DNA of 64,000 nucleotides from the human T2T-CHM13v2.0 reference genome, Homo sapiens: the NCBI RefSeq assembly GCF_009914755.1, contig NC_060930.1, one strand, 5' to 3'. Below the pieces are notes generated by a model. It was not told the DNA's origin, did not search any database, and worked only from the letters and a program-made list of their open reading frames with translations. How positions within the stretch are numbered: the stretch's first letter is position 1; each line of letters begins with the position of its first letter. Shown piece after piece: positions 1 through 15,549 of the stretch. The position numbers and the translations under genes are program-made.

Positions 1-173
1 CAAAACAATTTGACAAGCTAAATAGAAACAAGTCCACAAAGTCATAAAATTGAAGTTAGACTATTTAACTTAATGTAATTATTGGTATGAATCTGGTAAA
101 ATTAAATTGCTATACACCAAATAATTTTAGCACTGATTGTTATAATACAGGCACTTTAAAAAATAAAGATTAT

Positions 174-473
174 GGCCGAGCAGGGTGGCTCACGCCTATA
201 ATACCAGCACTTTGGGAGTCCAAGGCAGGTGGATCGTGAAGTCAGGAGTTCGAGACCAGCCTTGCAAATATGGCGAAACCCGTCTCTACTAAAAATACAA
301 AAATCAGCCAGGAGTGGTGGTGGGTACCTGTAATCCCAGCCACTCAGGAGGCTGAGGCAGGAGAATTGCTTGAACCCGGGAGGCGGAGGTTGCAGTGAGC
401 CGAGAAATCGTGCCACTGCACTCCAGCCTGGGTGACAGAGCAAGACTCCATCTCAGAAAAAAAAAAAAAAAAA
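174..473 (+). mobile_element. AluS (AluSg-like)
   Basis: Full dimeric Alu with poly-A tail and AAAGATTA target-site duplication. Has the 2-bp deletion after GGATC with GAGTTCGAG. Confidence 0.9.
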
Positions 474-590
474 GATTACAACACAGATATTACATGTATA
501 ATACCCACAGGTGTATATGCATACAAATATATAATGGATATGAGGATATAAGTATTTTAAAGACTAGTGATAAAATGAACACGCATGTTC

Positions 591-650
591 TTTTTACTAA
601 CTTTCTTTATACTAACGTTCTTTATACTAACGGTTCTTTATACTAACTCT
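591..650 (+). repeat. Short ~15-bp tandem repeat (TTCTTTATACTAAC-G) x ~4
   Basis: TACTAAC at 595, 610, 625 and 641. Confidence 0.8.
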
Positions 651-1419
651 ACCTAGTTAGTATAAGGCATTATGAGCAATGGTGATACCTGCTTTGAGCC
701 TTAAAAACTACTCTTTGATCTCTTCTCCGTTCTTACGTGGTTATCCCTGTACTGATTTCTAAGTTTTCTAGTCCTTTATTTCTTTATCATCTACCAAACA
801 TATATATGCACACACACACATACACACAAAAATATATCAGAGATTACATATTGTTTAAGTTCTCCTGTTTGGGAAATTTATATAATGGGGATATTTGTTT
901 ATGACTTTCTTTTTTTCTCTTCCATGTTATTTTTTTGAGATGTATTCATGTTGATGTGTACAGGTGAGAATCACTGATTTTCACTACTGCATATGTTTTT
1001 TGGTATATACAGTATACATACTACTGTAAGTGGACGTTATTGTTGTTTTTACTTTTTATATTATAAAGACTTTTGTTATGAACATTCCAGTACCATGTCT
1101 CCTTATATATACATCAAAGAATTTCACCTAAACAGGAAAATTTTGGTGTATTGGATATGTACATCTTCAACTTTTTAAGTGATGCCAGATGGCTTTTTAA
1201 TGCAGATTTAGAAAAACTATATATGTATTAAACTTTTCCCTGCAGTTGCAATTTACATACTTATCAGTTAAGTAAGCAAATTCATCTAAAATATCCCCTT
1301 TTTGTCAGGGCAAAACATTAGTTCTTAAAAGAATACAGATGGTGTTCCTTTACTCATCATCATGGGCTTTAATAGAGGTGGTCATTTCTTTTATAAGTGT
1401 ATTAATAATATCCATATCA

Positions 1420-1970
1420 AAGAATCCAGTGGATGTCTTTCAGCCCTTATTCTATTTTGTTTTTTCATTTTTGGTTTCAGTTTTAGCCCTTATTCTTGCT
1501 AGACTTCACTGCAGCAATATTGAACAGCCCCTCCTTCTCAAAACTTTGTTCTTCTGGCTTTAATGATAATACATTTTCTTGGCTGTGCCCTTGCCCCTCT
1601 GCCTGTTTTTCTGCCTGATATTGAATTACTTTCTTATTAAATGTCAGATTTCCTCAGGACTTTGTTCTGGACCTTCCTATCTCATTCTCTTCACTCTCTC
1701 CTGAGGTTATGTCATCTGGCCTCACGTATTTAAATACTATAGCCTGAGAACTTCCTGAATCATGAATGTAAGTGTTAACTTGGTAACCTTCCCTACAAGC
1801 CTCAGAAACACCTCAAACTTAAAAGTGTCCAAACTAATTATCTTGTTATTCTCCCCTAAATATTTTCTTCTCAATCTTCCCCATCTTAATGATGACCCTC
1901 ACCTCCATTTAGTTGCTTAATCCAGAAGTCTGAGGCTGATGTTTGACTCTCCCTCTCACATCTTCATAGG
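1420..1970 (+). mobile_element. Old L2 LINE fragment
   Basis: Diverged L2-like motifs (ccctccttctcaaaact..., cctcaaacttaa...tgtccaaact). Boundaries approximate. Confidence 0.5.
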
Positions 1971-2443
1971 TTTACATGTGCAAGTGTACAGTTTATTTCT
2001 GCATTTTCTAATTAGATTAAATAATTAGGATGATATAAATACAGTGGTACATCTAAACCAGAGAGTGCTTGAATAGAAGAAACTATGATTAAATGAATGG
2101 AGACCGTTTCAAACTAGAAGCACACACAAATGGAGAGATCAAACAGAGGTCCGAAGGATGTTGAAAACACACAGATTAAGAGAGAATCTTGAGTGGAGAC
2201 AGATCCAGGGACAGGCCCTTCCGGACTATTGGTACTCAAGAGTTTTATAAGGGCAGGAATACATAGATGCAGAGCTGAAAAAAAGATGCATCAGAGTAAA
2301 AAATGGGAAGAGTGGTGGGTGGGAAAAAGTGGAGTGGTGGGAAAAGAGGTTTCCTTCTGTTGGGTAGGAGCCAGTTTCTGCTGCTCCAGGGAGTGGAGTC
2401 CAATCCATGGTGTATTGTTGTCTCACTAAGAAAGGCAAGGCCT

Positions 2444-2774
<331 letters not shown>

Positions 2775-5678
2775 TCATGTAGGAATAAATTGTAAATTGA
2801 GAGTGATTCTTATACGTGCAAGGAATGGGAAATAATTCTTATTGGATGAGTCTGCATCTGATAATGTCTTGACTTGTGATTCAGTGCCCTCAGCAGAATA
2901 GACACCAGATGCCCAAGTCCAAATGGTAGTCCAGTGGAATAAGCAGATGGGTGAATGAATGAATCATTTACCACATAACTTCTAGAAGGAGCAATGGGTC
3001 ATAAAACATGGTAGTGAAACCTTGATGTCTCTATTACTTTGCTTATGTTTATCAGAGGTTTGGGTTTATTTTCACCAGTAAGTGGACCCCTATAAATGGC
3101 TATTTAAGAGACTTACATTTGTTGTGCAGTGATTCTCTTTTTACACATTGTTGGACAGAAAATGAGGACAGGGTAATGATTAACTTTTATCCCTGTAATT
3201 TACAAAACCCAAAAGTGTTGAATGTTGTTACCTTTCTTGATTTCTTCAATGGTGTGTTTTAATTTTTTCTAATTATTTTGTGTCCATTAGACAAGTGTCT
3301 TTGAAGAGCTGAAAAAGGTTGACACGCATCCTTTTACAGAATATCATAAACACATTTAGTGAGGTGCCACTAGATACATATAATGTCTCTAACTTGATAA
3401 GCTGGGACAAGTAATATAAGCAACCCAAATTTTCTACAGATAACTGAAGTGGTTTCTTTCTTCATTTGTTCTTCAGGAATCTCTCACAAGTCCTTAAAGA
3501 GAATCCTGTTTTTATGTTTTAGACATTTCATAGTAATTTATTTTGGCTAAAGGATTTTGATGGCTAATGATTGACAGGGCTTTTTATAAAAGTGAATGGA
3601 GCAAACTAATTATTGACTTTGTAAGTCAATGTCTTGAACATACCTGAAGTGCATAACACTCATTTGCTTTACCAGTGTCCCTATTTCCAAATGGATTCAC
3701 TAGAAATTAAAAAAAATTAAATTATTAAACTTCTTTACTGTGTTGAAATTATAAACTAATTTGAAAATTAAGATAATGTTTACATTTTTGGAGTCGGTCA
3801 CTAATTCTTCAAAAATTCCAGTCAAATATAATAGTACATGCAATCACACATGTGTTTTCAATCCTAGTGACTTACTTACATCTGAAAAAAAGGTAGCATC
3901 TTTCTAGAACTTATAATATCAACTTCTGCATATATAAAAAACAAATCTAATTGATTAACAATATTTATTTCTTTCCATAATTATTTTATTTCCTCTCATA
4001 CTTAGCAAAGAGAATAGCTGGTAACATCTGCATTTACTAGGAATTAAGATTTGGTGTCCTTAACTAACTTGGACCCGAAAGCAAGAGTCCATGCACTGAA
4101 AAGTGTAAGCAATTAAAGCACTACCAAGGAAAGTGTTTTTCTACCACCAGAGAGAAGGCATTTACTCTCAGACCTTGAAAGTTATCATCATTTATGGTCA
4201 TCAGGGGAAGCAGAGTTTTTCACACCCCAGGCACAAAATTGAAAGTGTCTGTTTCATTCTCTTCTCACATACTGAGCTCTGGGTGATTTTGTTAAAGGAA
4301 GCATTAAACAACCTGTCAGCACATACACATTGGATTAGGGACTCTTATCATGTGGAGGGGCTCTGGCCAGTTCAGAAAGACATTATTGGAAACTTAGGGG
4401 TGAGAGCATAAATGTAACTTAACACTTTTTGGCTCGAGGAATCAACTATAGTTCTTTTCCTTAGTGTTTTATATTACAAACCTGTTGTTTTTAATTTTCT
4501 GAGCACTAACAGCCTACTGTGCTTAAACAGCTTTTAATCAGAACACAATGATTAGATAGAGCCTGCATGATACTTAGATATTCAGAGGAGCTGCATTGCC
4601 CAGAAACATATTCAGAAGGCTGAATTTCCTATCTTTCTTTTTCTGATCCATCATACGAGTTCTCTTTAAGAATTATCATCTAGATACATTTTACAGTTTG
4701 TATCAGTCATCTGGTATATAGCAATATAAGTGTATGTCTCACATACATATTCTAGCACACACACATACACACATAGTTACTGTGACACTGTAACAGTATA
4801 AAAAAGAATAAAAAATCAATGAGGGGCTGACATAAAATCTTTCAACTACAGCATATTTAACAAGGAGGGAAAACCTGCTTAGCTGGCTGCCTTTTTAATT
4901 TCAAGGTAACTTTATTGGTCCAAATACTGAATGTTCCTCCAAATTTGATTATAACAAATGTCCAGTTCCCTTACATCACAGGATGAATGTCGAGTTTTTT
5001 AGTGAGATAATCCTTTAGTAAAGGCCAATGTTTCAGACAAGGTTTTAGGAGAAAAAGTCTTTCGAAATTTAGTCAATTATTATCATCATCTTTCTGCAAT
5101 TTCAAAACTCTGTCCTCCCCTACATAACAACCTCTCTGACTTATTAACAAGCTTCTAGAAAAATAACCTAAAACCACTCTGTTGCTTCTTCCAGTTCATT
5201 TATTCTTCCTCAGAATATTACAATTTGATTTTTGTTAACATTTTTCTCCAGAAACTGGTGGGTGAACTTTTGTAACATTGGTGTTCAACAGATGCTTCTT
5301 TTTCCATCTTTGGTTCTTGTGACATTTTTTTCCTTTGTCTATGGCCAGCCTCTCTATTCCTTAGCTAATTTGGCATGTACCTCTTTCTTAGCCTAGTTCT
5401 TGATTGCTGATTCTCAATTCTCAGCCTTCTTTTATTTTAATCCTCAAAATCAATTCAATCAGTTCTTATGGCTTCCACCATCTCCTGTGCAGACTCCCAC
5501 AGCCATATGTTAATGATCTTTTGTGAACCGAAGGCCCGTATTTCAAATGACTTGTGCCTCACAACATTCCACTAATAGGAATGATATTCAGCAGGAACAC
5601 ACACAAAGGACTGATGGATTAGTGGTGATGGCAAGCCAGTTGTTAAATATTTGAAAATCATTTCTGCCCAAAAGCAAC

Positions 5679-6037
5679 TGTATTAGTCTGTTCTCACATT
5701 GCTAATAAAGACATACTTGAGACGGGGTAATTGATAAAGGAAAGAGGTTTAATTGACTCACAGTTCCACACAGCTGGTGAGGCCTCACAATCACAGTGGA
5801 AGGCAAATGTGGAGCAAAGTCACGTCTTATATGGCATCAGGCAAGAGAGCTTGTGCAGGGGAGCCCCCATTTACAAAACCATCACATCTCCTGAGACTTT
5901 TTCACTACCAGGAGAACAGTATGGGGAACAGAACTACCCTCATGATTCAATTATCTCCACCTGGCCCCACCCTTGACACATGGAGATTATTACAACTCAA
6001 GGTGAGATTTAGGTAGGGACACAGCCAAACCATATCA
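5679..6037 (-). mobile_element. THE1/MST-family MaLR solo LTR
   Basis: TGTATTAGTC...CAAACCATATCA is the reverse complement of a THE1 LTR. Perfect 5-bp TSD GCAAC (5674-5678 and 6038-6042). Confidence 0.9.
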
Positions 6038-8126
6038 GCAACTCAAATGCAATGATAAACCTGCCGTTTTCCCTATAAATAATCCTAGATTCATTCCCCA
6101 TTTTGAGAATGGGACTATAAATTCTATGGTTACATAAGCCAACCTGGTCATTAAAATTCCAAATTTTCTATATATTTTTTGCCAATAATTATTTTTAAGT
6201 TCAATAGCATTCATAATTATTCTCCCACCCTTATTGCCAAAATACCTTTTTTGTTTAATTATTCTGAACAAACCTGACTTTGCCATTTCTTACGATGTAG
6301 TCCTAACCCCTCCAGTTGTACACTTTGGTTGCTATCAGAGGGAACATAGCATGATGACAATTCCTACTCAAACTTTTTAAATGGCTCCCCCATTTAAGAA
6401 GTATGTAATGTATAGTATATGTATATGGCAGCAATATGTAAATATATACTATTTTGCATTTTACATAGGATTAATTATTCTCTGGCTCCCACTCACCTAT
6501 CCAAAATCAAGTGTTCTTTCTGCTCACTTCATATCAAACCCCATGTCTCCATAATAATAAATTATGTCTACTCCACCTCCCCATCCCTCAGACCTTTCCA
6601 TTACCTAAGCCTGTGTATATGTAATATTGTCTCTGTCTACAATGACAGCCTACATATTATTTACAAGGAAGACACTTGATCTTTCTTCAAATTTCTAATT
6701 ACAACTCCTCTACTTCTTCAGAGAGGTCAGAAGACATCTTTTTCTATTTTTCTATATTGCTTCTGCATGTTTATATTTATAATAAAGTAAATGCTCAGCT
6801 ATATTTATATTCAGGGGTAGCTAATTGAGTTGAGATATTACACTCAATTAATGTATACTCAATTAAATTTAGTTTTATATTAAAATTTATATTTTATTTG
6901 GGAAAAAGTATAGTTATGAAATAAGAGGACAAATGTAATTTATGAAAGGTTTTATTTATGTTTCATCCATTCTTTAACTGAGGCCTTTATTTAAAAGCTG
7001 TTCATTGAACTCCAACAATGTGACAGGAACTGTCCTTGCCTTGGTGTATAAAAAAATAAACAAAACATATTTTTTACTATCATGGAACTTTTAGAATGGT
7101 TTCATTTACGAAAAAGTCAATGAAGCACATTAATGTTATAGAAAAAGTCACAAATATCTGTTTAATGATCAATAAACATACTGCTAATGGAGTAAATCTG
7201 AATCTAAATCTCTGCGTGCTTACAGATACAGAATTATCTTATTTCCTTAAAGGCATATGTATCACATCAAATATGCTCGTCAATTTTGTTTTTATGTCTA
7301 TTTTTGTTTTATTTTATCTTGTATACTACGGAGTCATGATATTTACAGTAACTAGATGTATGTATACCAATTTGCATTATTTGTGGGACTGTGAAACAAT
7401 AGCATTTTATATTTCCAATAATATAAAAATAGTATGTTCAAACAGGTAAAATGCAATGGTAAATATAATAAGGGAAAAGATTAATAAATGTAATAAGCTA
7501 CTGGTATACTTAACAACCTTCAATTTTTAAAGCAATTTGCTGCAACAACATAAAATGGAACCAAATAATAGCATTTAAGTCAGCTTTCAAGCTATTTTCC
7601 TTAAATATAGCTTAATAATGAAGACAATAAGCTAATTATCTAAATGGAAATTTAAAGAGTGGGCTGGCATGTGGGAAAAACTCTGTAATAAATGTTCTCA
7701 CATTTTGGTAATCTCATACAAAACACAGACTGGGGATGGTCTTCCAATTCCTTTTCTCAAACTATATTTTTGGTGTGTTATTAAGTGAATCTTTTGAAAT
7801 ATCCAGTGAAAATCACTATCTTAGTGGACAAATCACACATGCTAAATAGTATTGAGAAATGTAATACACATACTATAGCCATAAGATGGAAAAACAGACT
7901 GACATTGGAGCAATTTTTTAAAAAGAACAGTAAACTTCTATTATACTTTGGTATGATAGATAAAAATATATATGTTAGTAGAGTCACTCAAAAACTTTTT
8001 TGAAACCATGCAGATGGCCCCACTAGCCAGAAAATATTTCTAAAGTTTTTCTTTTTCATTTATCAATATGATGATTTTCAATAATTATTTTCAATAATTA
8101 ATATTTTAAAACATCTATAGAAATAC

Positions 8127-8277
8127 CTGGATTTTCCCATGAAGGTCTGGAAATCCACCAATGAAGACAGATCCTGATTTTGGCAGGGGTTTTCCGAGTA
8201 CATGATTGATAGATTCGCATATTTGTGTATTCCTCCCTAAAATAGTCAGCTCAGCGTTACATGGATCCAATTCTTGC
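8127..8277 (-). CDS. EYS: EYS coding exon (probably exon 29): (R)QELDPCNAELTILGRNTQICESINHVLGKPLPKSGSVFIGGFPDLHGKIQ
   Basis: Acceptor ttctttcttaaatggttacAG (8278-8279) and donor CAG|GTATTT (8125-8126). 151 bp, phase 2 to 0, in frame with the 92-bp exon (AG+G = Arg). Contains the LamG-type 'VFIGG' motif. Confidence 0.93.
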
Positions 8278-8918
8278 CTGTAACCATTTAAGAAAGAAAT
8301 GGTTTTAGTATGAGTCATATAAACATTTATCTGACAAATTAATTAAACTATTATCAAAAGAATAATTTAAGTAAATAGATTATTTCACAATAAAACAAAG
8401 CCAGAAGCAGATTAATCTGTTATAAATTAGAATCCTTAATGCTTTAAGTACATAAACACAAAGTTACAGTTTGACAAAACAACAAATTATAGCAATCAAC
8501 CAATGAAATAAATAAATCCTGATAAACAGATCTTTCTCAATTGTAACTGAAACAATGATGGATTATAATATTCCATTTTAGCTTTTTACATTATTAAATT
8601 TTCTGTATGAGTGAAAAATATTAAAAAGAATCAAATTTCAATGCAGTCATACAGTGTACAATATATACTTAGGTGGAAAACAGATATATTGCAGACAGTA
8701 ATTAGTTGTAGAAATATAAATTATACCAATAAGCAAAGCACAGAAAAATTAACAAATGAATAAATCAAATATAACTTAATTAGGAAGATCAGAGTAATAA
8801 TTTCCATATGCCCATTCTTTTAGAAAGATGAAAAAGACAAAATACTTTGTCAATACTTTAACATGTAGATATGCATGTGTCATTTACTCTAGCCATATGT
8901 TTAACTAATTGTTTAATC

Positions 8919-9120
8919 CAGAGATTGGCAAACTATACCCTAGGCCAAATCTTGCCTGTCATCTCTAAGTAAATAAACTTTAATTGGCACACAGCCATAT
9001 GTTTCTTTACATATAGTCTATGGGTTTTTTCATAACAGAATTGAATAATTGAAACAAGACTTTAAGTCCCAAAAGCCCAAAAATATTTACTATCTAACCC
9101 TTATAGAAAAAGTTGGTAGA
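8919..9120 (+). mobile_element. MER58A-like hAT-Charlie MITE
   Basis: cagagattggcaaacta...ggccaaatc...aaataaactttaattggcacacagcca...aaaatatttactatct...agaaaaagtt follows the MER58A layout. Confidence 0.75.
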
Positions 9121-9197
9121 TGCACTATTCAATTTATCTATTAACCAAGCAAGTAAGCTTTATCATAATCCTTTTCAAAATAATAGTACACATTCTT

Positions 9198-10103
9198 GGG
9201 AGGAGCCAAGATGGCTGAATAGGAACAGCTCCGGTCTACAGCTCCCAGCGTGAGCGACGCAGAAGACGGGTGATTTCTGCCATTTCCATCTGAGGTACCG
9301 GGTTCATCTCACTAGGGAGTGCCAGACAGTGGGCGCAGGTCAGTGGGTGTGCACACCGTGCACCAGCGGAAGCAGGGCGAGGCATTGCCTCACTTGGGAA
9401 GTGCAAGGGGTCAGGGAGTTCCCTTTCCTAGTCAAAGAAAGGGGTGACACACGGCACCTGGAAAATCGGGTCACTCCCACCCGAATACTGCGCTTTTCCA
9501 ACGGGCTTAAAAAACGGCACATCACGAGATTATATCCCGCACCTGGCTCGGAGGGTCCTACGCCCACGGAGTCTCGCTGATTGCTAGCACAGCAGTCTGA
9601 GATCAAACTGCAAGGAGGCAGCGAGGCTGGGGGAGGGGTGCCCGCCATTGCCCAGGCTTGATTAGGTAAACAAAGCAGCCAGGAAGCTCCAACTGGGTGG
9701 AGCCCACCACAGCTCAAGGAGGCCGGTCTGCCTCTGTAGGCTCCACCTCTGGGGGCAGGGCACGGACAAACAAAAAGACAGCAGTAACCTCTGCAGACTT
9801 AAATGTACCTGTCTGACAGCTTTGAAGAGAGCAGTGGTTCTCCCAGCACGCAGCTGGAGATCTCAGAACGGGCAGACTGCCTCCTCAAGTGGGTCCCTCA
9901 CCCCTGACCCCCGAGCAGCCTAACTGGGAGGCACCCCCCAGCAGGGGCACACTGACACCTCACAGGGCAGGGTATTCCAACAGACCTGCAGCTGAGGGTC
10001 CTGTCTGTTAGAAGGAAAACTAACAAACAGAAAGGACATCCATACCAAAAACCCATCTGTACATCACCATCATCAAAGACCAAAAGTAGATAAAACCACA
10101 AAG
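9198..10103. promoter_or_regulatory. L1 5'UTR: CpG-rich sense promoter with YY1 motif, plus antisense promoter (ASP) directed toward EYS exon 29
   Basis: AAGATGGC YY1 core near 9208 and many retained CpGs. The ASP is an established property of L1PA 5'UTRs; activity at this copy is not shown. Confidence 0.7.
9340..9648 (-). CDS. L1 ORF0 (antisense ORF), open for 102 aa: MAGTPPPASLPPCSLISDCCASNQRDSVGVGPSEPG...
   Basis: ATG at 9648 in strong Kozak context (GGGCAATGG). The N-terminus matches primate L1 ORF0. Both internal donors are present, at +106 (CAG|GTGCGG) and +191 (CAG|GTGCCG). Confidence 0.75.
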   Translation of the reverse strand: MAGTPPPASLPPCSLISDCCASNQRDSVGVGPSEPGAGYNLVMCRFLSPLEKRSIRVGVTRFSRCRVSPLSLTRKGNSLTPCTSQVRQCLALLPLVHGVHTH

Positions 10104-11121
10104 ATGGGGAAAAAACAGAACACAAAAAATGGAAACTCTAAAAAGCAGAGCGCCTCTCCTCCTCCAAAGGAACGCAGTTCCTCACCAGCAACGGAACAAA
10201 GCTGGATGGAGAATGACTTTGACGAGCTGAGAGAAGAAGGCTTCAGACGATCAAATTACTCTGAGCTACGGGAGGACATTCAAACCAAAGGCAAAGAAGT
10301 TGAAAACTTTGAAAAAAATTTAGAAGAATGTATAACTAGAATAACCAATACAGAGAAGTGCTTAAAGGAGCTGATGGAGCTGAAAACCAAGGCTCGAGAA
10401 CTACGTGAAGAATGCAGAAGCCTCAGGAGCCGATGCGAATCAACTGAAAGAAAGGGTATCAGTGATGGAAGATGAAATGAATGAAATGAAGCGAGAAGGG
10501 AAGTTTAGAGAAAAAAGAATAAAAAGAAAGGAGCAAAGCCTCCAAGAAATATGGGACTATGTGAAAAGACCAAATCTACGACTGATTGGTGTACCTGAAA
10601 GTGATGGGGAGAATGGAACCAAGTTGGAAAACACTCTGCAGGATATTATCCAGGAGAACTTCCCCAATCTAGCAAAGCAGGCCAACGTTCAGATTCAGGA
10701 AATACAGAGAACGCCACAAAGATACTCCTCGAGAAGAGCAACTCCAAGACACATAATTGTCAGATTCACCAAAGTTGAAATAAAGGAAAAAATGTTAAGG
10801 GCAGCCAGAGAGAAAGGTCGGATTACCCTCCAAGGGAAGCCCATCAGACTAACAGCAGATCTCTCGGCAGAAACCCTACAAGCCAGAAGAGAGTGGGGGC
10901 CAATATTCAACATTCTTAAAGAAAAGAATTTTCAACCCAGAATTTCATATCCAGCCAAACTAAGCTTCATAAGCGAAGGAGAAATAAAATACTTTACAGT
11001 CAAGCAAATGCTGAGAGATTTTGTCACCACCAGGCCTGCCCTAAAAGAGCTCCTGAAGGAAGCGCTAAACATGGAAAGGAACAACCCGTACCAGCCGCTG
11101 CAAAATCATGCCAAAATGTAA
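10104..11121 (+). pseudogene. L1 ORF1p, frameshifted
   Basis: MGKKQN...QNHAKM split over two frames by a +1 insertion near 10438 (cgatgcgaatcaac). Confidence 0.92.
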
Positions 11122-11184
11122 AGACCATCAAGACTAGGAAGAAACTGCATCAACTAACGAGCAAAATAACCAGCTAACATCATA

Positions 11185-15014
<3,830 letters not shown>

Positions 15015-15549
15015 ACAATGAGATCACATGGACACAGGAAGGGGAATATCACACTCTGGGGACTGTTGTCGGGTTGGGGGGAGGGGGGAGGGATAGCATT
15101 GGCAGATATACCTAATGCTAGATGAGGAGTTAGTGGGTGCAGCGCACCAGCATGGCACATGTATACATATGTAACTAACCTGCACAATGTGCACATGTAC
15201 CCTAAAACTTAAAGTATAATAAAAAAAAAAGAAAAAAAAACAAAAAAACAAAATAATAGTACACATATTATAAAAGACACCTACATAGCATCCAACAATC
15301 AATGCCATTCTGTTCCATGAATATGTGACATTCTGGTTTTCATATATTTATATTGAATTATGGCATACATAATAAAGAGGGTAAAGGATAAAGCTCTATG
15401 AAATATTATATTGTGAACATAGTCAAGTAACCACTACCCAGGACAAAAGGCACAAAATTACTACCTAGACTACTCCACCACAACATACACAAGCATGCAC
15501 ACACATGCACAGACACACACGCACACACATACTCTCTCTCACAACTCTT

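Noticed and set aside
156-443. Alu-derived ORFs (also 2245-2722, 22815, 27137, 37124, 43054, 44720, 48723)
   Set aside because: These are typical translations of Alu sequence, not genes.
7096-7449. Longer non-repeat ORFs (117 aa here, 141 aa at 27803, 137 aa at 36329 and 50367)
   Set aside because: No recognisable domains. Composition is typical of random AT-rich or old-repeat frames.
8115-8318. Stand-alone 67-aa ORF, and the 81-aa ORF at 58560-58805
   Set aside because: These are EYS exons with intronic read-through. The real boundaries are the splice sites.
9543-9648. ORF0 donor 1 (+106) fusion to EYS exon 29
   Set aside because: A phase 1 donor joined to a phase 2 acceptor is out of frame.
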